From an uncultured Ruminococcus sp. (lineage in GTDB: Bacteria; Bacillota; Clostridia; Oscillospirales; CAG-272): DNA of 62,409 nucleotides. How positions within the stretch are numbered: position 1 is the first letter of the stretch; the number at the start of each line of letters is the position of its first letter. Below are positions 51,426 to 61,189 of the stretch, in pieces. The position numbers and the translations under genes were made by a program. Under the pieces are notes generated by a model. It searched no databases and was not told the origin of the DNA. It saw only the letters and a program-made list of their open reading frames with translations. The DNA lies in NCBI GenBank assembly GCA_964430105.1, contig CAYSEF010000001.1, positions 82,170-144,578 on the forward strand, in the 5' to 3' direction.

Positions 51426-52304
51426 TTATTTGTCAGTGCGAGTATTGGAAACATTGCCATACATACTGGTAACAGCATCGCCAACGTACTGAGAAGCGTA
51501 GCAGATATCCTTTTCGGCTACAGAATAAACAAAACCGTTCACAACAGCACTAACTTCAGCAAAAGCAGCGTTTTCAGTGTAATCAGTAATGTCACCAACA
51601 GTGAAGATAAATTCAGGGTTAGCTGCGATGATTTCGTCATCGGTCATAGTAGTGTATCCTTCAGCAGTGCAGATGTTTTCAAGACCGGAAGCATAGAGAA
51701 TTTCAGTAATGTAGGTACCACTACCAACAGTGGTATCACCAAGATCAATGTATGCGGTGAGCTTTTCAGAGTAAGCAGAGGAACCAAGCTGAGCTGCAGT
51801 CATGGAGTTTGTGAGCTTGTTGACCATATCATCAGGAGAAGTTCCGCAAACCTTTGCACAAAGTCTGATCAGCTTCTTAACAGAGTCAGAGGATTCAGCG
51901 GTAGGAATCTTAAATACAGGAATATCGGTGTTGCCGAGAGAGTCAGCGTCAGCTTCGTCAACAAAAATTACTTCAGGAGCGAGAGCAACTGCATCAGAAA
52001 CAGTTGTAGTAGTGGAAACTGAAACATATTCAGCGGAAACAGAATCCACTGCAACGATTTTTGAGGAAGCACCAAGCTCATCGAGAATCATAGATGCAGC
52101 AGGAGAAAGAGAAACAATTTTTGTAATGCTGTTAGAAAGAGTATAGGATTCGCCAGCAAGACCGGATACTATCTGTGTATTAGAGTTAGATACGGTTGCA
52201 TTTGTGTCAATTGAAAGACCACCTGAGCTTTTTTCTTCGCCACACGCAGTAAATACGCAAAGAAGCGTCATAATAAGCGCGAGCATGATTGAGATTTTTT
52301 TCAT
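51426..52304 (-). CDS. Orphan BtuF/Fe-siderophore-type ABC substrate-binding lipoprotein
   Basis: Lipobox FTAC, KIVSLSPA....L..LGA...IVAVD, E.II.ANP, AV.NG.VY. Confidence 0.7.
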   Translation of the reverse strand: MKKISIMLALIMTLLCVFTACGEEKSSGGLSIDTNATVSNSNTQIVSGLAGESYTLSNSITKIVSLSPAASMILDELGASSKIVAVDSVSAEYVSVSTTTTVSDAVALAPEVIFVDEADADSLGNTDIPVFKIPTAESSDSVKKLIRLCAKVCGTSPDDMVNKLTNSMTAAQLGSSAYSEKLTAYIDLGDTTVGSGTYITEILYASGLENICTAEGYTTMTDDEIIAANPEFIFTVGDITDYTENAAFAEVSAVVNGFVYSVAEKDICYASQYVGDAVTSMYGNVSNTRTDK

Positions 52305-52544
52305 TATATTAAATCCTTTCAAATATTTTAGCCGATAGTTATTTTATCATATATTATTTTAAAGGTCAATAAGATTTTTGAAAAATAGTAAAATATTATA
52401 TGCATTATACTTAAATAATGGAATTAAAAGGTGATACGAGCATATGACTACCATATTTACCGATAATTTAGGGGTACCATTTTTGCTGCGTTGGTATTAT
52501 AATGTTAATGTATCATTGTAACAGTTTATTTATCGGAGTGAAAT

Positions 52545-53129
52545 ATGGAACTCATTATAATCAGTAAATCCAAATTCAAATTGATGCTGACGTCTTCGGA
52601 CATGGCTTCATATACAGGTAATACAAAAGAAGTAGTTAGAGAGATCATAAACGATGTGCGGAAAAATTTCGATACCTCATGCGATTCCTCAAGAGATATT
52701 TTTTACGGTGACGGGAGGATATTTGTACAGATGTATCCATCAAAAGAAGGTGGATGTGAGTTATTTGTAACGAGGCTGGAGGAGCATCGCAATAATGTGT
52801 TAATGCAGGCAGGTGAGGAAAGAACACTGACAGAATATCGCAAATATATTTATCGTGAACGCGGAAGCCATATTGTGTATTCGTTTGAAGAAATGCGATA
52901 CCTATTGAGCTGTTGTCTTGGACTATATAGAATGGGATATGGTGGTTCCAGCAGGGCATATCATGATCCTGATAAAAAGAAATTTTACCTAAAATTAGAT
53001 TGCGAAACGCCGGTTGCAGGAGAGAATTTCGGAAGCTTGTGCCCAAGTCGTGTGTATTATTACATAAATGAGCACTGTGACGTGATATGTGCAGAAAATG
53101 CAGTCGAAAAACTTGGAAAATTTGCGTGA
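52545..53129 (+). CDS. mecA: MecA-family ClpC adaptor
   Basis: MELI.IS..K.K..L...DM, GGCELFVT, C-terminal YY.NEH...I....A...L. Confidence 0.65.
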   Translation: MELIIISKSKFKLMLTSSDMASYTGNTKEVVREIINDVRKNFDTSCDSSRDIFYGDGRIFVQMYPSKEGGCELFVTRLEEHRNNVLMQAGEERTLTEYRKYIYRERGSHIVYSFEEMRYLLSCCLGLYRMGYGGSSRAYHDPDKKKFYLKLDCETPVAGENFGSLCPSRVYYYINEHCDVICAENAVEKLGKFA

Positions 53130-53237
53130 TAAAATCAAAAAAAACAATTTCGTATAATATTCATAAAATTAGCCTTGAATTACTTCATTGTTCGTGTTAT
53201 GATATAAAACGATAATACAATAATCGGAGTAATTGTA

Positions 53238-54770
53238 ATGGACGAAATTAAGTACCCGCTTCTCATCAGTGAACGTGAAAGTAGGGAATGGATTAAAACT
53301 TGCCCGATGCAGGTAAAAAAAATTCGTGTCACCAAAGAGACGGAAGCTTCAGCACCGCAGATCACTGTATTTACATCAAAGTGTGGTGATTACACAGTTG
53401 ATAAATGCATTGTCAGCATTGAAATAATGAACGATCGTCGTGAGATCATTGGAAAACTCGAAAATATTTCTATACAAGACGGTGAATCATCTCCTATAAA
53501 CAGCGAAAATGAAAAAACCACATATGCATATGCGATAATCGAAGAAGTTGTATATAATGGAAATACATGGAAAAACACATCAGGGAATCGTGGTGATAAA
53601 ATTCCGGAGCAGGATGTTTTTTGGCAGACTGATCCGCTGTATGATCAAATTAAGCGTGAATGTGTAGGGGTTGTTGACGCAAAGTATAAGCCTGATCAAA
53701 TAGATGGTGCTTGGAGATGTGCTTGTGGTCAGATAAATCTGGAATCATCTGAAAAATGCGGCTCATGCGGATGTTCACTGGAGTGGCTGAATACACATCT
53801 TGAGCGGACTTATCTTGAAGAGCAAAAAAAGATATCCGACACCAAAACAGAACGTGAACTTGTAAAAGAAAAAAAACGTAAGTCACGTCAGCCCTCTGAT
53901 AAAACAAAAGCGATTTTGATATTAGCGTCATTTGTAGTAGTAGTTGCGCTTGTTATCTGCACATTTACCGTTTTTATCCCGTTGATACGTTACAATAATG
54001 CAAATAGCCTTGTTAATGAAGGGGAATATGATCGTGCTATTGAAGTATTCCGTGATTTAGGTGATTTCAAAGATTCAGCATCACGTGCAAACGAAGCAAA
54101 TTATAAAAAAGCACAGGAATTAACTGGTCTTGAGGAAGTAAATATGACTACCACAGCAAGATCGCCTTGGTTTAAGATAACGGAAGACGGAGTGCTGTCG
54201 TTCATAAAAGATGAATATGATGATGTCGGTGGTTCGTGGAATCATTTTGTTGTGCCTGATATGGTGGATAATATAATAGTTCGCGAACTTGATCGTAATT
54301 TCTTCATAAACTGTAAGGAACTTACCGTTGTTACAATATCCGATTGCGTTGAGGTCATTGGAGAGCAGGCTTTCATGAACTGCGAAATGTTGCATACGGT
54401 TAATTTTGGTAAAAACATAAAAACTCTCGGTGCTCGTGTGTTTATTGACTGCTTTGCGCTTGAGGAAGTTACTATTCCTGATACAGTTGAATCATTGGGA
54501 GCAAGAGCATTTAATAATTGTGTAGCGCTCAAAAAAGTAGTTCTCGGCAAAGGTATAACTAAAATTTTAGACTATACATTCAGCTTTTGCAGAGAGCTTG
54601 AAAGCATAACTTTGTGCTCACCGATTACATCCATAGGAGAATTTGCTTTTTCAGAATGTGCATCGTTAGGCAAAATATTCTGTAGATTTACTGAATCAGA
54701 ATGGATAGAGCCTGAAGTTGCCGCAGAAAATGACGTATTTAACAGTGTAAAGCTTTCATTCAATAATTAA
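53238..54770 (+). CDS. Membrane protein: Zn-ribbon + TM + TPR-like helix + BspA-type leucine-rich repeats
   Basis: W.C.CG.......C..CG; hydrophobic helix; I...AF.NC..L..V repeats. Confidence 0.8.
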   Translation: MDEIKYPLLISERESREWIKTCPMQVKKIRVTKETEASAPQITVFTSKCGDYTVDKCIVSIEIMNDRREIIGKLENISIQDGESSPINSENEKTTYAYAIIEEVVYNGNTWKNTSGNRGDKIPEQDVFWQTDPLYDQIKRECVGVVDAKYKPDQIDGAWRCACGQINLESSEKCGSCGCSLEWLNTHLERTYLEEQKKISDTKTERELVKEKKRKSRQPSDKTKAILILASFVVVVALVICTFTVFIPLIRYNNANSLVNEGEYDRAIEVFRDLGDFKDSASRANEANYKKAQELTGLEEVNMTTTARSPWFKITEDGVLSFIKDEYDDVGGSWNHFVVPDMVDNIIVRELDRNFFINCKELTVVTISDCVEVIGEQAFMNCEMLHTVNFGKNIKTLGARVFIDCFALEEVTIPDTVESLGARAFNNCVALKKVVLGKGITKILDYTFSFCRELESITLCSPITSIGEFAFSECASLGKIFCRFTESEWIEPEVAAENDVFNSVKLSFNN

Positions 54771-54771
54771 G

Positions 54772-54805
54772 AAAAAAGCCGTAGTTGTGTAAACTGCGGC
54801 TTTTT
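54772..54805. terminator. Bidirectional terminator
   Basis: AAAAAAGCCGTAG...CTGCGGCTTTTT. Confidence 0.75.
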
Positions 54806-54853
54806 GTGTACCCCGGATTTTCCTTTATTTTATAACTAAATTGCCGGGGCGTA

Positions 54854-55018
54854 TTAGTCTTCGTTCTGATTTTTACTCTGATTCTGGTTTTTGTTCTGAT
54901 TTTTGCTCTGGTTCTGATTGCTCTGCTGATTCTTGTTCTGATTGTTCTGCTGGTTTTTACTCTGATTATTATTCTGATTTTTGTTCTGATTCTGGTTATT
55001 GCTTTCAAATCTTTGCAT
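54854..55018 (-). CDS. 54-aa Gln/Asn-rich low-complexity protein, putative small spore protein
   Basis: MQRFESNNQNQNKNQNNNQSKNQQNNQNKNQQSNQNQSKNQNKNQNQSKNQNED; GGAG RBS; SigG-like promoter; below the ORF-track cutoff. Confidence 0.75.
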   Translation of the reverse strand: MQRFESNNQNQNKNQNNNQSKNQQNNQNKNQQSNQNQSKNQNKNQNQSKNQNED

Positions 55019-55056
55019 AACTTTTTTACTCCGTTCTATTTTTCAGGGTACATTCT

Positions 55057-55086
55057 CATTATGGCAGATACCGATGTGTTTTATTC
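55057..55086 (-). promoter_or_regulatory. SigG-type promoter
   Basis: GAATA-18bp-CATAATG versus consensus GHATA-(17-18)-CATAMTA. Confidence 0.65.
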
Positions 55087-55096
55087 ATAATATCCG

Positions 55097-56365
55097 TTAT
55101 CCGTAAATTTTTTTAACTGTCAGAAGTATTTGAGCTGTTTGAGCACGACTGAGTACATCATTTGGAGAAATATTTCCGGAACCCGTACCTTTGAAAATAC
55201 CTGCATCGGAAAGAGCATACATTGAACCCTTTGCCCATGTAGGAACAGTCGAGCTGTCTGCAAAAACAGGAAGAGTTTCAGGTTCATCTGCACCTATTAT
55301 AGCATTAAGAATAACAGCAGCTTCTGCACGCGTTATACTTTCCTTAGGCCTGAAGCATAGATGATCGTTTTCTTCGGATCCTTTAATTATTCCAAGCTCA
55401 TATGCACGAGCAATATAACCGCTTGCATTAGTGGAAATTGCAGAATTATCTTCAAAAACCGTAGAACAGGGCTCTATATCACCGGCTCCCAAAGCTTTCA
55501 TCACTGTAACAAGAAAATCTTCACGAGTAATTTCAGCGTCGGGATTGAAGTATAGCTGTCCGCCGTGAGAATCAACCTCCATTGCTCCATTCGCTGACAT
55601 TACAAGAGCTGCATTGTACGCCCAGTGTCCTTCCATATCAGCGAATACAAGGTCAGCCGCTGCCTCATCAATATCAATAGTCACCGTAGATTCGGCAGAA
55701 TAATTCCCCCATTCATCTCGTACAACAAAAACGAAGGAATCATCTCCAATAATGCCATTCATCGGAGTGTAGCGATAATTCCCGTTTGATGTGTCTGTAA
55801 GTTCAAGTATGCCTCGCTCAGGATATTTGATAATTTCAAACGTCATAGTGTCACCGTCAGGATCGCTTGCCGAAAGTGTTCCATAAGTCGTGATGTCCTG
55901 CTGAGTCCAAACAGGTAGGGTATCTTTGGAGGATGATATAACAGGTGCTGAGTTGGCTGATTCAGTATATTTAAGCAAACATTGAATACTATATTCGCTG
56001 TCAGCTTTGAACCTAAATGAACTTGACTTACAGTTTGCACTTGGAACAAATTTAAGCAATGACAGACCTGTTGAACTAATCATTTGGTTTGCCGCTACAG
56101 GAGCATTGCCGTAATACAATGTTCCATCTGTAGCCGGTGGAAGAGCTGTAATAGTGATAGAGTTAACTGCGCATCCAACAGCTCTTGAAAAATCCTTTTC
56201 ACTGAATACGATCTCACCGGAAACAATTCCTGAGCGTATCATGCAATCTTGTTCAGCAAAGTATTTCAGACCCGGTGAAAGCATAGCTTCGGAATAAGCA
56301 TTAGCATTGAGTGGAAGTATTGTAGCGACAGTGCAGATAAGCAACGGAATGATTTTCAGTTTCAT
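55097..56365 (-). CDS. Secreted Ig/cadherin-like protein with C-terminal SLH domains
   Basis: Signal peptide, DPDGD cadherin-like motif, three F.D...W / ITR.E SLH repeats. Confidence 0.85.
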   Translation of the reverse strand: MKLKIIPLLICTVATILPLNANAYSEAMLSPGLKYFAEQDCMIRSGIVSGEIVFSEKDFSRAVGCAVNSITITALPPATDGTLYYGNAPVAANQMISSTGLSLLKFVPSANCKSSSFRFKADSEYSIQCLLKYTESANSAPVISSSKDTLPVWTQQDITTYGTLSASDPDGDTMTFEIIKYPERGILELTDTSNGNYRYTPMNGIIGDDSFVFVVRDEWGNYSAESTVTIDIDEAAADLVFADMEGHWAYNAALVMSANGAMEVDSHGGQLYFNPDAEITREDFLVTVMKALGAGDIEPCSTVFEDNSAISTNASGYIARAYELGIIKGSEENDHLCFRPKESITRAEAAVILNAIIGADEPETLPVFADSSTVPTWAKGSMYALSDAGIFKGTGSGNISPNDVLSRAQTAQILLTVKKIYG

Positions 56366-56537
56366 AAATAACCTCCTGAAAACATGATGATTTTCGTTCA
56401 CAGTATACCTTATGAAAAAAATATGCTAAATATTCACAGTGAATCGTATGAATTTTTATAAATTAAATATGCAAAAAACCTTGAAATTTCTGCACAAAAG
56501 GTGTATAATGAAAGAAAAAAATCTCATGGAGGCAATT

Positions 56538-57608
56538 ATGCTTAACATTAAGATAGAAAAGACAGCGACGCCAAAGGTAAAGCCTGATTTCTCAAAGCTT
56601 GGTTTTGGCAAGTATTTTACAGACCATATGTTCCTTATGAACTATTCTACAGAGCTTGGTTGGCATGATGCAAGAATTGTACCTTACGGACCTATTGCAC
56701 TCGATCCTTCGGCTATGGTTTTCCATTATGCACAGGAGCTTTTTGAAGGTCTTAAAGCATACAGACGTGCTGACGGTGGTATTCAGCTTTTCAGACCTAA
56801 TAAAAATATCGAAAGAATGAACAACACTTGCGATAGACTTTGTGTGCCGAGAATTGATCCTGATGATGTTTTGCAGGCTATTAAGGCAGTTGTTGAAGTC
56901 GATTCAGATTGGGTTCCTAACGATATAGGTACTTCGCTCTACATTCGTCCGTTTATTATCGCTACAGATCCGATGCTTGGCGTTCATCCGTCACATACCT
57001 ACATTTTTGCTATCATTCTTTCTCCGGTTGGAGCATACTATGAAGCTGGTATCAATCCTGTAAAAATCGGTATTGAACGTGAATATGTACGTTGCGTAAA
57101 GGGTGGCACAGGTATGGCTAAAGCAGGTGGTAACTATGCCGCATCTCTCATCGGTCAGAAGAAGGCTGAGGAGTATGGTTATGCACAGGTTCTGTGGCTT
57201 GATGGCGTACACCGTAAATATATAGATGAAGTTGGCGCGATGAATGTGTTCTTTGTTATCGACGGTGTTGTTGTAACTCCTGAACTTACTGACGGTAATA
57301 TTCTTCCCGGTGTCACAAGAATGTCATCTATCGAACTCTTGAAGAAGTGGGGCATTCCGGTTGAAGAACGCAAGGTTTCTATTGATGAAGTTATCGAAGC
57401 ATATAAGACAGGCAGACTTAATGAAGCTTTTGGTACAGGAACAGCAGCAGTAATATCTCCTATCGGTGAACTCTGTGATGGTCCTGAAGTTATGGTTATT
57501 AACAATAACGAAATTGGTCCGATTGCAAAGAAGCTCTACGATGCTATCACCGGTATGCAGTGGGGTGTTATCGATGATGAAATGGGCTGGATTGAGAAGA
57601 TTAACTGA
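56538..57608 (+). CDS. ilvE: Branched-chain amino acid aminotransferase
   Basis: FHYAQ.LFEGLKAY, LYIRP, K.GGNY, EVGAMN, ILPGVTR, GTAAVISP. Confidence 0.95.
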   Translation: MLNIKIEKTATPKVKPDFSKLGFGKYFTDHMFLMNYSTELGWHDARIVPYGPIALDPSAMVFHYAQELFEGLKAYRRADGGIQLFRPNKNIERMNNTCDRLCVPRIDPDDVLQAIKAVVEVDSDWVPNDIGTSLYIRPFIIATDPMLGVHPSHTYIFAIILSPVGAYYEAGINPVKIGIEREYVRCVKGGTGMAKAGGNYAASLIGQKKAEEYGYAQVLWLDGVHRKYIDEVGAMNVFFVIDGVVVTPELTDGNILPGVTRMSSIELLKKWGIPVEERKVSIDEVIEAYKTGRLNEAFGTGTAAVISPIGELCDGPEVMVINNNEIGPIAKKLYDAITGMQWGVIDDEMGWIEKIN

Positions 57609-57652
57609 GTAATCCTTTTATAACAGTCCTTAGTAATACGAATATAATTATT

Positions 57653-57689
57653 AAAATCCGTTCAGACATTGCGTTTGGACGGATTTTTT
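57653..57689 (+). terminator. Intrinsic terminator
   Basis: AAAATCCGTTCAGAC...GTTTGGACGGATTTTTT. Confidence 0.75.
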
Positions 57690-57690
57690 G

Positions 57691-57718
57691 CACATCTGTG
57701 AAATTTGTAGCATAAACT
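57691..57718 (+). promoter_or_regulatory. Possible SigK-type promoter
   Basis: CACA-16bp-CATAAACT upstream of the PRK06851-like gene. Confidence 0.4.
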
Positions 57719-57750
57719 GCCTGTGTCAACGAAATTTACGGAGGTTTCTC

Positions 57751-58845
57751 ATGAAGAATATTTTTGATATCTACCACCTAATTGAATATACATCGGATAC
57801 GTATTTTGCAGGTGCAAACACTGCTAACGGATTTTGTGGAGATTATTCTTCGATTGCTGACGAACAGAGGCTGGAATGTGTCTATATAATCAAAGGCGGT
57901 GCCGGAACGGGGAAGAGCACGCTCATGAGAAAATGTGCTAAAGCTGCTGAGAATGTAGGAGCGACTGTTAAATATTATCTCTGTGGGTCAGATCCGGATT
58001 CACTTGATTGCATAGTTATAGATGAAAGAATAGCAATTCTTGATGGAACATCACCTCATACTCGTGATATGACATATCCCGGCGTATCATCGGAACTGAT
58101 TGATGTATCACAATTTTTGAATAGAGAAAAACTGATAAACAATAAGCAAAAAATAATTGATTTGACAGAGTATAAATGTGCTTGCTATAACTCAGCATAT
58201 AGATATCTTACAGCAGCGGAGCTTCTTGAAAAAGAAAAAGGTGTTTGTACAAATTCTATTTTTCTTCATGATAAAGCCAATGCCTGTATCGATAGATTGA
58301 TAAAAAAGCTTGGAAAACCGCTAAACAAAAGTGGCTCAATGAAATATACACGAACTCACGCTCTTACAATGAAGGGAGCAGTTTCGCTATCGACATTCAG
58401 TAATAAAGCAAAGGTTCATTATACAGTAGCAGATTATTTTGGCTGTTCAATACCATTTATGCATTTGCTGACAGAGAAGCTTATATCGACAGGATTCAGC
58501 ATAACAGTAACGAAACTGCCGGTACCGAATGTTGTTGCAGAAATTTTTATAGATGATAACTGTACATCAATTGCAGTTGAGCAGAAAACAGATAATGCAA
58601 ATCACATTATAAATATGTCACGGTTTGTAACGGATGATTTTTCCGCTGAATTAAAGGGAGAATACCGTTTGGCATCAAAGATACAACAATCGTGCATTGA
58701 AGAAGCGCTTGTACATCTGAAAAAAGCAGCTGAGTATCACTTTGCTATTGAGCAGTGCTATATTTCAGCAATGGATTATACATCATTAAACGAATATTCT
58801 GATAGCATATGTAAAAAAATTATCGAACAGCTTCAAAAGAAATAA
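57751..58845 (+). CDS. PRK06851-like P-loop ATPase
   Basis: YFAGANT..GF, IKGG.GTGKSTLM, C.SDPDSLD, DGT.PH. Confidence 0.75.
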   Translation: MKNIFDIYHLIEYTSDTYFAGANTANGFCGDYSSIADEQRLECVYIIKGGAGTGKSTLMRKCAKAAENVGATVKYYLCGSDPDSLDCIVIDERIAILDGTSPHTRDMTYPGVSSELIDVSQFLNREKLINNKQKIIDLTEYKCACYNSAYRYLTAAELLEKEKGVCTNSIFLHDKANACIDRLIKKLGKPLNKSGSMKYTRTHALTMKGAVSLSTFSNKAKVHYTVADYFGCSIPFMHLLTEKLISTGFSITVTKLPVPNVVAEIFIDDNCTSIAVEQKTDNANHIINMSRFVTDDFSAELKGEYRLASKIQQSCIEEALVHLKKAAEYHFAIEQCYISAMDYTSLNEYSDSICKKIIEQLQKK

Positions 58846-58935
58846 TTAAAAATTTATAATTCGTTAGCAAAAAGAACTATATTTTTTACATTAAAAAGAC
58901 TATAATGGAGCTATCATAATCAGAAGGGTAGAAAA

Positions 58936-59343
58936 ATGAACAAATTACAGCAAAAAATGATGGCATTCATGTATGGTCGTTATGGCATGGATGAAATGTA
59001 CTTCGGACTTTTGGCACTTTGGTTTGCAATAACAATAGTCAATGCATTTGTTGGCTCAATGATACTTAGCTTGCTTGGAACAGCTGTGTTGATTTTCTCG
59101 TTGTATAGATTCTGTTCAAAGAAAATCGACAGAAGAAAGAAGGAAAATGTTGCATTTCTAAAAATATGGCATCCGATACGCAACTGGTTCACATATCAGC
59201 GAGATAAAATACGTGATCGCAAAACTGCACGTTATCGCAAATGTAAGCACTGCAAAGCAATACTAAAGCTTCCGAATAAAAAAGGAAAGCATACAGTAAA
59301 TTGTCCTAAATGCCATGAAAAGTTTGACGTGAGAATTTTATAA
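58936..59343 (+). CDS. Small membrane protein with C-terminal Zn ribbon
   Basis: FM.GRYG.D, two TM helices, CxxC...CPxC. Confidence 0.7.
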   Translation: MNKLQQKMMAFMYGRYGMDEMYFGLLALWFAITIVNAFVGSMILSLLGTAVLIFSLYRFCSKKIDRRKKENVAFLKIWHPIRNWFTYQRDKIRDRKTARYRKCKHCKAILKLPNKKGKHTVNCPKCHEKFDVRIL

Positions 59344-59348
59344 ATAAT

Positions 59349-59391
59349 AAAACAGCGATACCTCGTAACATTGAGATATCGCTGTTTTTTT
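59349..59391. terminator. Bidirectional terminator
   Basis: AAAACAGCGATA...TATCGCTGTTTTTT. Confidence 0.8.
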
Positions 59392-59411
59392 CTTACTTAA
59401 TGTTGTCTGTT

Positions 59412-61157
59412 TTATTTCTTGAGTGAGCCGTGCTCAATGCCGATCATGTCTTCAAGTGAGCTTGTGCAAGCCTTTACATTCGCAACAGCTTCGTCCTCAT
59501 CCTTGCCATTTACAAGAATATAGAACTTTATCTTAGGTTCAGTACCGGATGGACGTGCAACTACAACATTTCCGTTTTCGCAAGCCCAGTAGAGTACGTT
59601 TGACTTAGGAAGACCTGTGCCTGTAACTTCGCCTGTACGAGTGTTTTTGATGGTTTCCTTGAGATAATCGCGGATATTCACTACTTCTGAGCCTGCTATC
59701 ATATCAGGTTCATTATTGCGTAGCTTTTCCATCATTGCTGCAATCTGTTCTTTTCCGTCAACGCCTTCCATGTAAATTTCGGCAGAATTTTCCATATAAT
59801 AACCGTATTTTTCATAAAGCGCAGACATAGCATCGATGAGAGTCATGCCCTTGAGGGAGTAGTAAGCTGCCATTTCGCAGATGAGCATAGATGCAACAAC
59901 ACCATCTTTGTCACGAGAATACTGACCCTTCATGTAGCCATAGGATTCTTCATAGCCAAGCAGATATGTGCCTTCACCACGTGCTTCATGTTCGCCTATA
60001 ACTTCTGCAATAAACTTAAAGCCTGTAAGTACATTATAAAGATTTACATTATGCATTTCGCAAATCTTTGTAGCCATTTCGCTGGTAACGATAGTCTTGA
60101 TAGCATAAGCATCTGAAGGGAGCTTGCCTTGTTCTTCAAGTGCACAGAAAATGTAATCAAGGAGCAGAGAACCCATTTGATTGCCTGTGATGCATTTGAA
60201 TTCGCCTGATTTATCTCTAGCCATAACACCAACGCGGTCACAGTCAGGGTCAGTTGCAATTATAAGGTCTGACTTTACCTGTGCAGCAACCTTGATGCCT
60301 TCAGTAAAAGCGGCAGGATATTCCGGATTCGGTTTAGCAAGTCCGGGGAAATCACCGTTAGGAGTCATCTGGCATTCTACTGTAGAGAGATTTTTAACAC
60401 CTATTCTGCGAAGAACCTCCGGAACTATACGATAGCCTGCACCGCAAAGAGGGGTATATACAACCTGAAGATCATCTGCCGCACGGCCTATAACATCTGG
60501 GTATACCTGTTCGCCGATTACATTATTCATGAAAATCTCGTCGAAATCTTTGCCAACCATTGTAATAAGGGATTCGTCAGCCTGATCTCTTGTAGGAACT
60601 CCGTCAAAAATATCAGTAGCATAGATGTAAGAAGAAACATGATTCGCCATATCCGCAGTAGGCTGTGCACCATCTTCCCAGTAAAGCTTGTAGCCATTGT
60701 AAGCAGATGGATTGTGTGATGCGGTGATGTTTATACCGGCAATACAACCGAAATGACGTACACCCGCAGAAAGCATTGGAGTCGGGCGAAGTTCGTCGAA
60801 AAGGTATACCTTAATACCATGAGCAGTGAGAACTTCAGCACAACGACGAGCATAAAGAGCAGAATTATTTCTGCTGTCATAACCAATGATAACACCACGC
60901 TTTTTTGCGTCGTCACCAAGAGTTTCAATTACTCGTGCTACACCTTCGGTCGACTGTGCAACGGTGTAAATGTTCATCATTCCGCAGCCTGCACCCATTT
61001 TAGAACGCAATCCACCTGTGCCAAATTCCATATAAGAGCCAAAACGCATTTTCAGCTCATCTTCATTGTCAGCAATGGCACGAAGCTCAGCTTTTGTGTC
61101 CTCGTCAACTTTATCAGATTCAAGCCATGAGATATATCTTGCCTTGTATTCTTCCAT
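59412..61157 (-). CDS. pgm: Phosphoglucomutase/phosphomannomutase
   Basis: FGTGG.R, ITASHNP..YNG.K, DPDCDR, GYEES.G, RPSGTEPKIK. Confidence 0.93.
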   Translation of the reverse strand: MEEYKARYISWLESDKVDEDTKAELRAIADNEDELKMRFGSYMEFGTGGLRSKMGAGCGMMNIYTVAQSTEGVARVIETLGDDAKKRGVIIGYDSRNNSALYARRCAEVLTAHGIKVYLFDELRPTPMLSAGVRHFGCIAGINITASHNPSAYNGYKLYWEDGAQPTADMANHVSSYIYATDIFDGVPTRDQADESLITMVGKDFDEIFMNNVIGEQVYPDVIGRAADDLQVVYTPLCGAGYRIVPEVLRRIGVKNLSTVECQMTPNGDFPGLAKPNPEYPAAFTEGIKVAAQVKSDLIIATDPDCDRVGVMARDKSGEFKCITGNQMGSLLLDYIFCALEEQGKLPSDAYAIKTIVTSEMATKICEMHNVNLYNVLTGFKFIAEVIGEHEARGEGTYLLGYEESYGYMKGQYSRDKDGVVASMLICEMAAYYSLKGMTLIDAMSALYEKYGYYMENSAEIYMEGVDGKEQIAAMMEKLRNNEPDMIAGSEVVNIRDYLKETIKNTRTGEVTGTGLPKSNVLYWACENGNVVVARPSGTEPKIKFYILVNGKDEDEAVANVKACTSSLEDMIGIEHGSLKK

Positions 61158-61189
61158 AGTAAAATCCTTCCTTTGGAATGTAATTATTA

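Noticed and set aside
54860-55000. Short tandem repeats as a possible CRISPR array or VNTR
   Set aside because: Codon-level repeats with no unique spacers and no cas genes.
54760-55008. 82-aa Ile/Arg/Thr-rich ORF in the track
   Set aside because: Shadow frame of the Q/N-rich gene, which has the ATG and RBS; this frame runs through the terminator.
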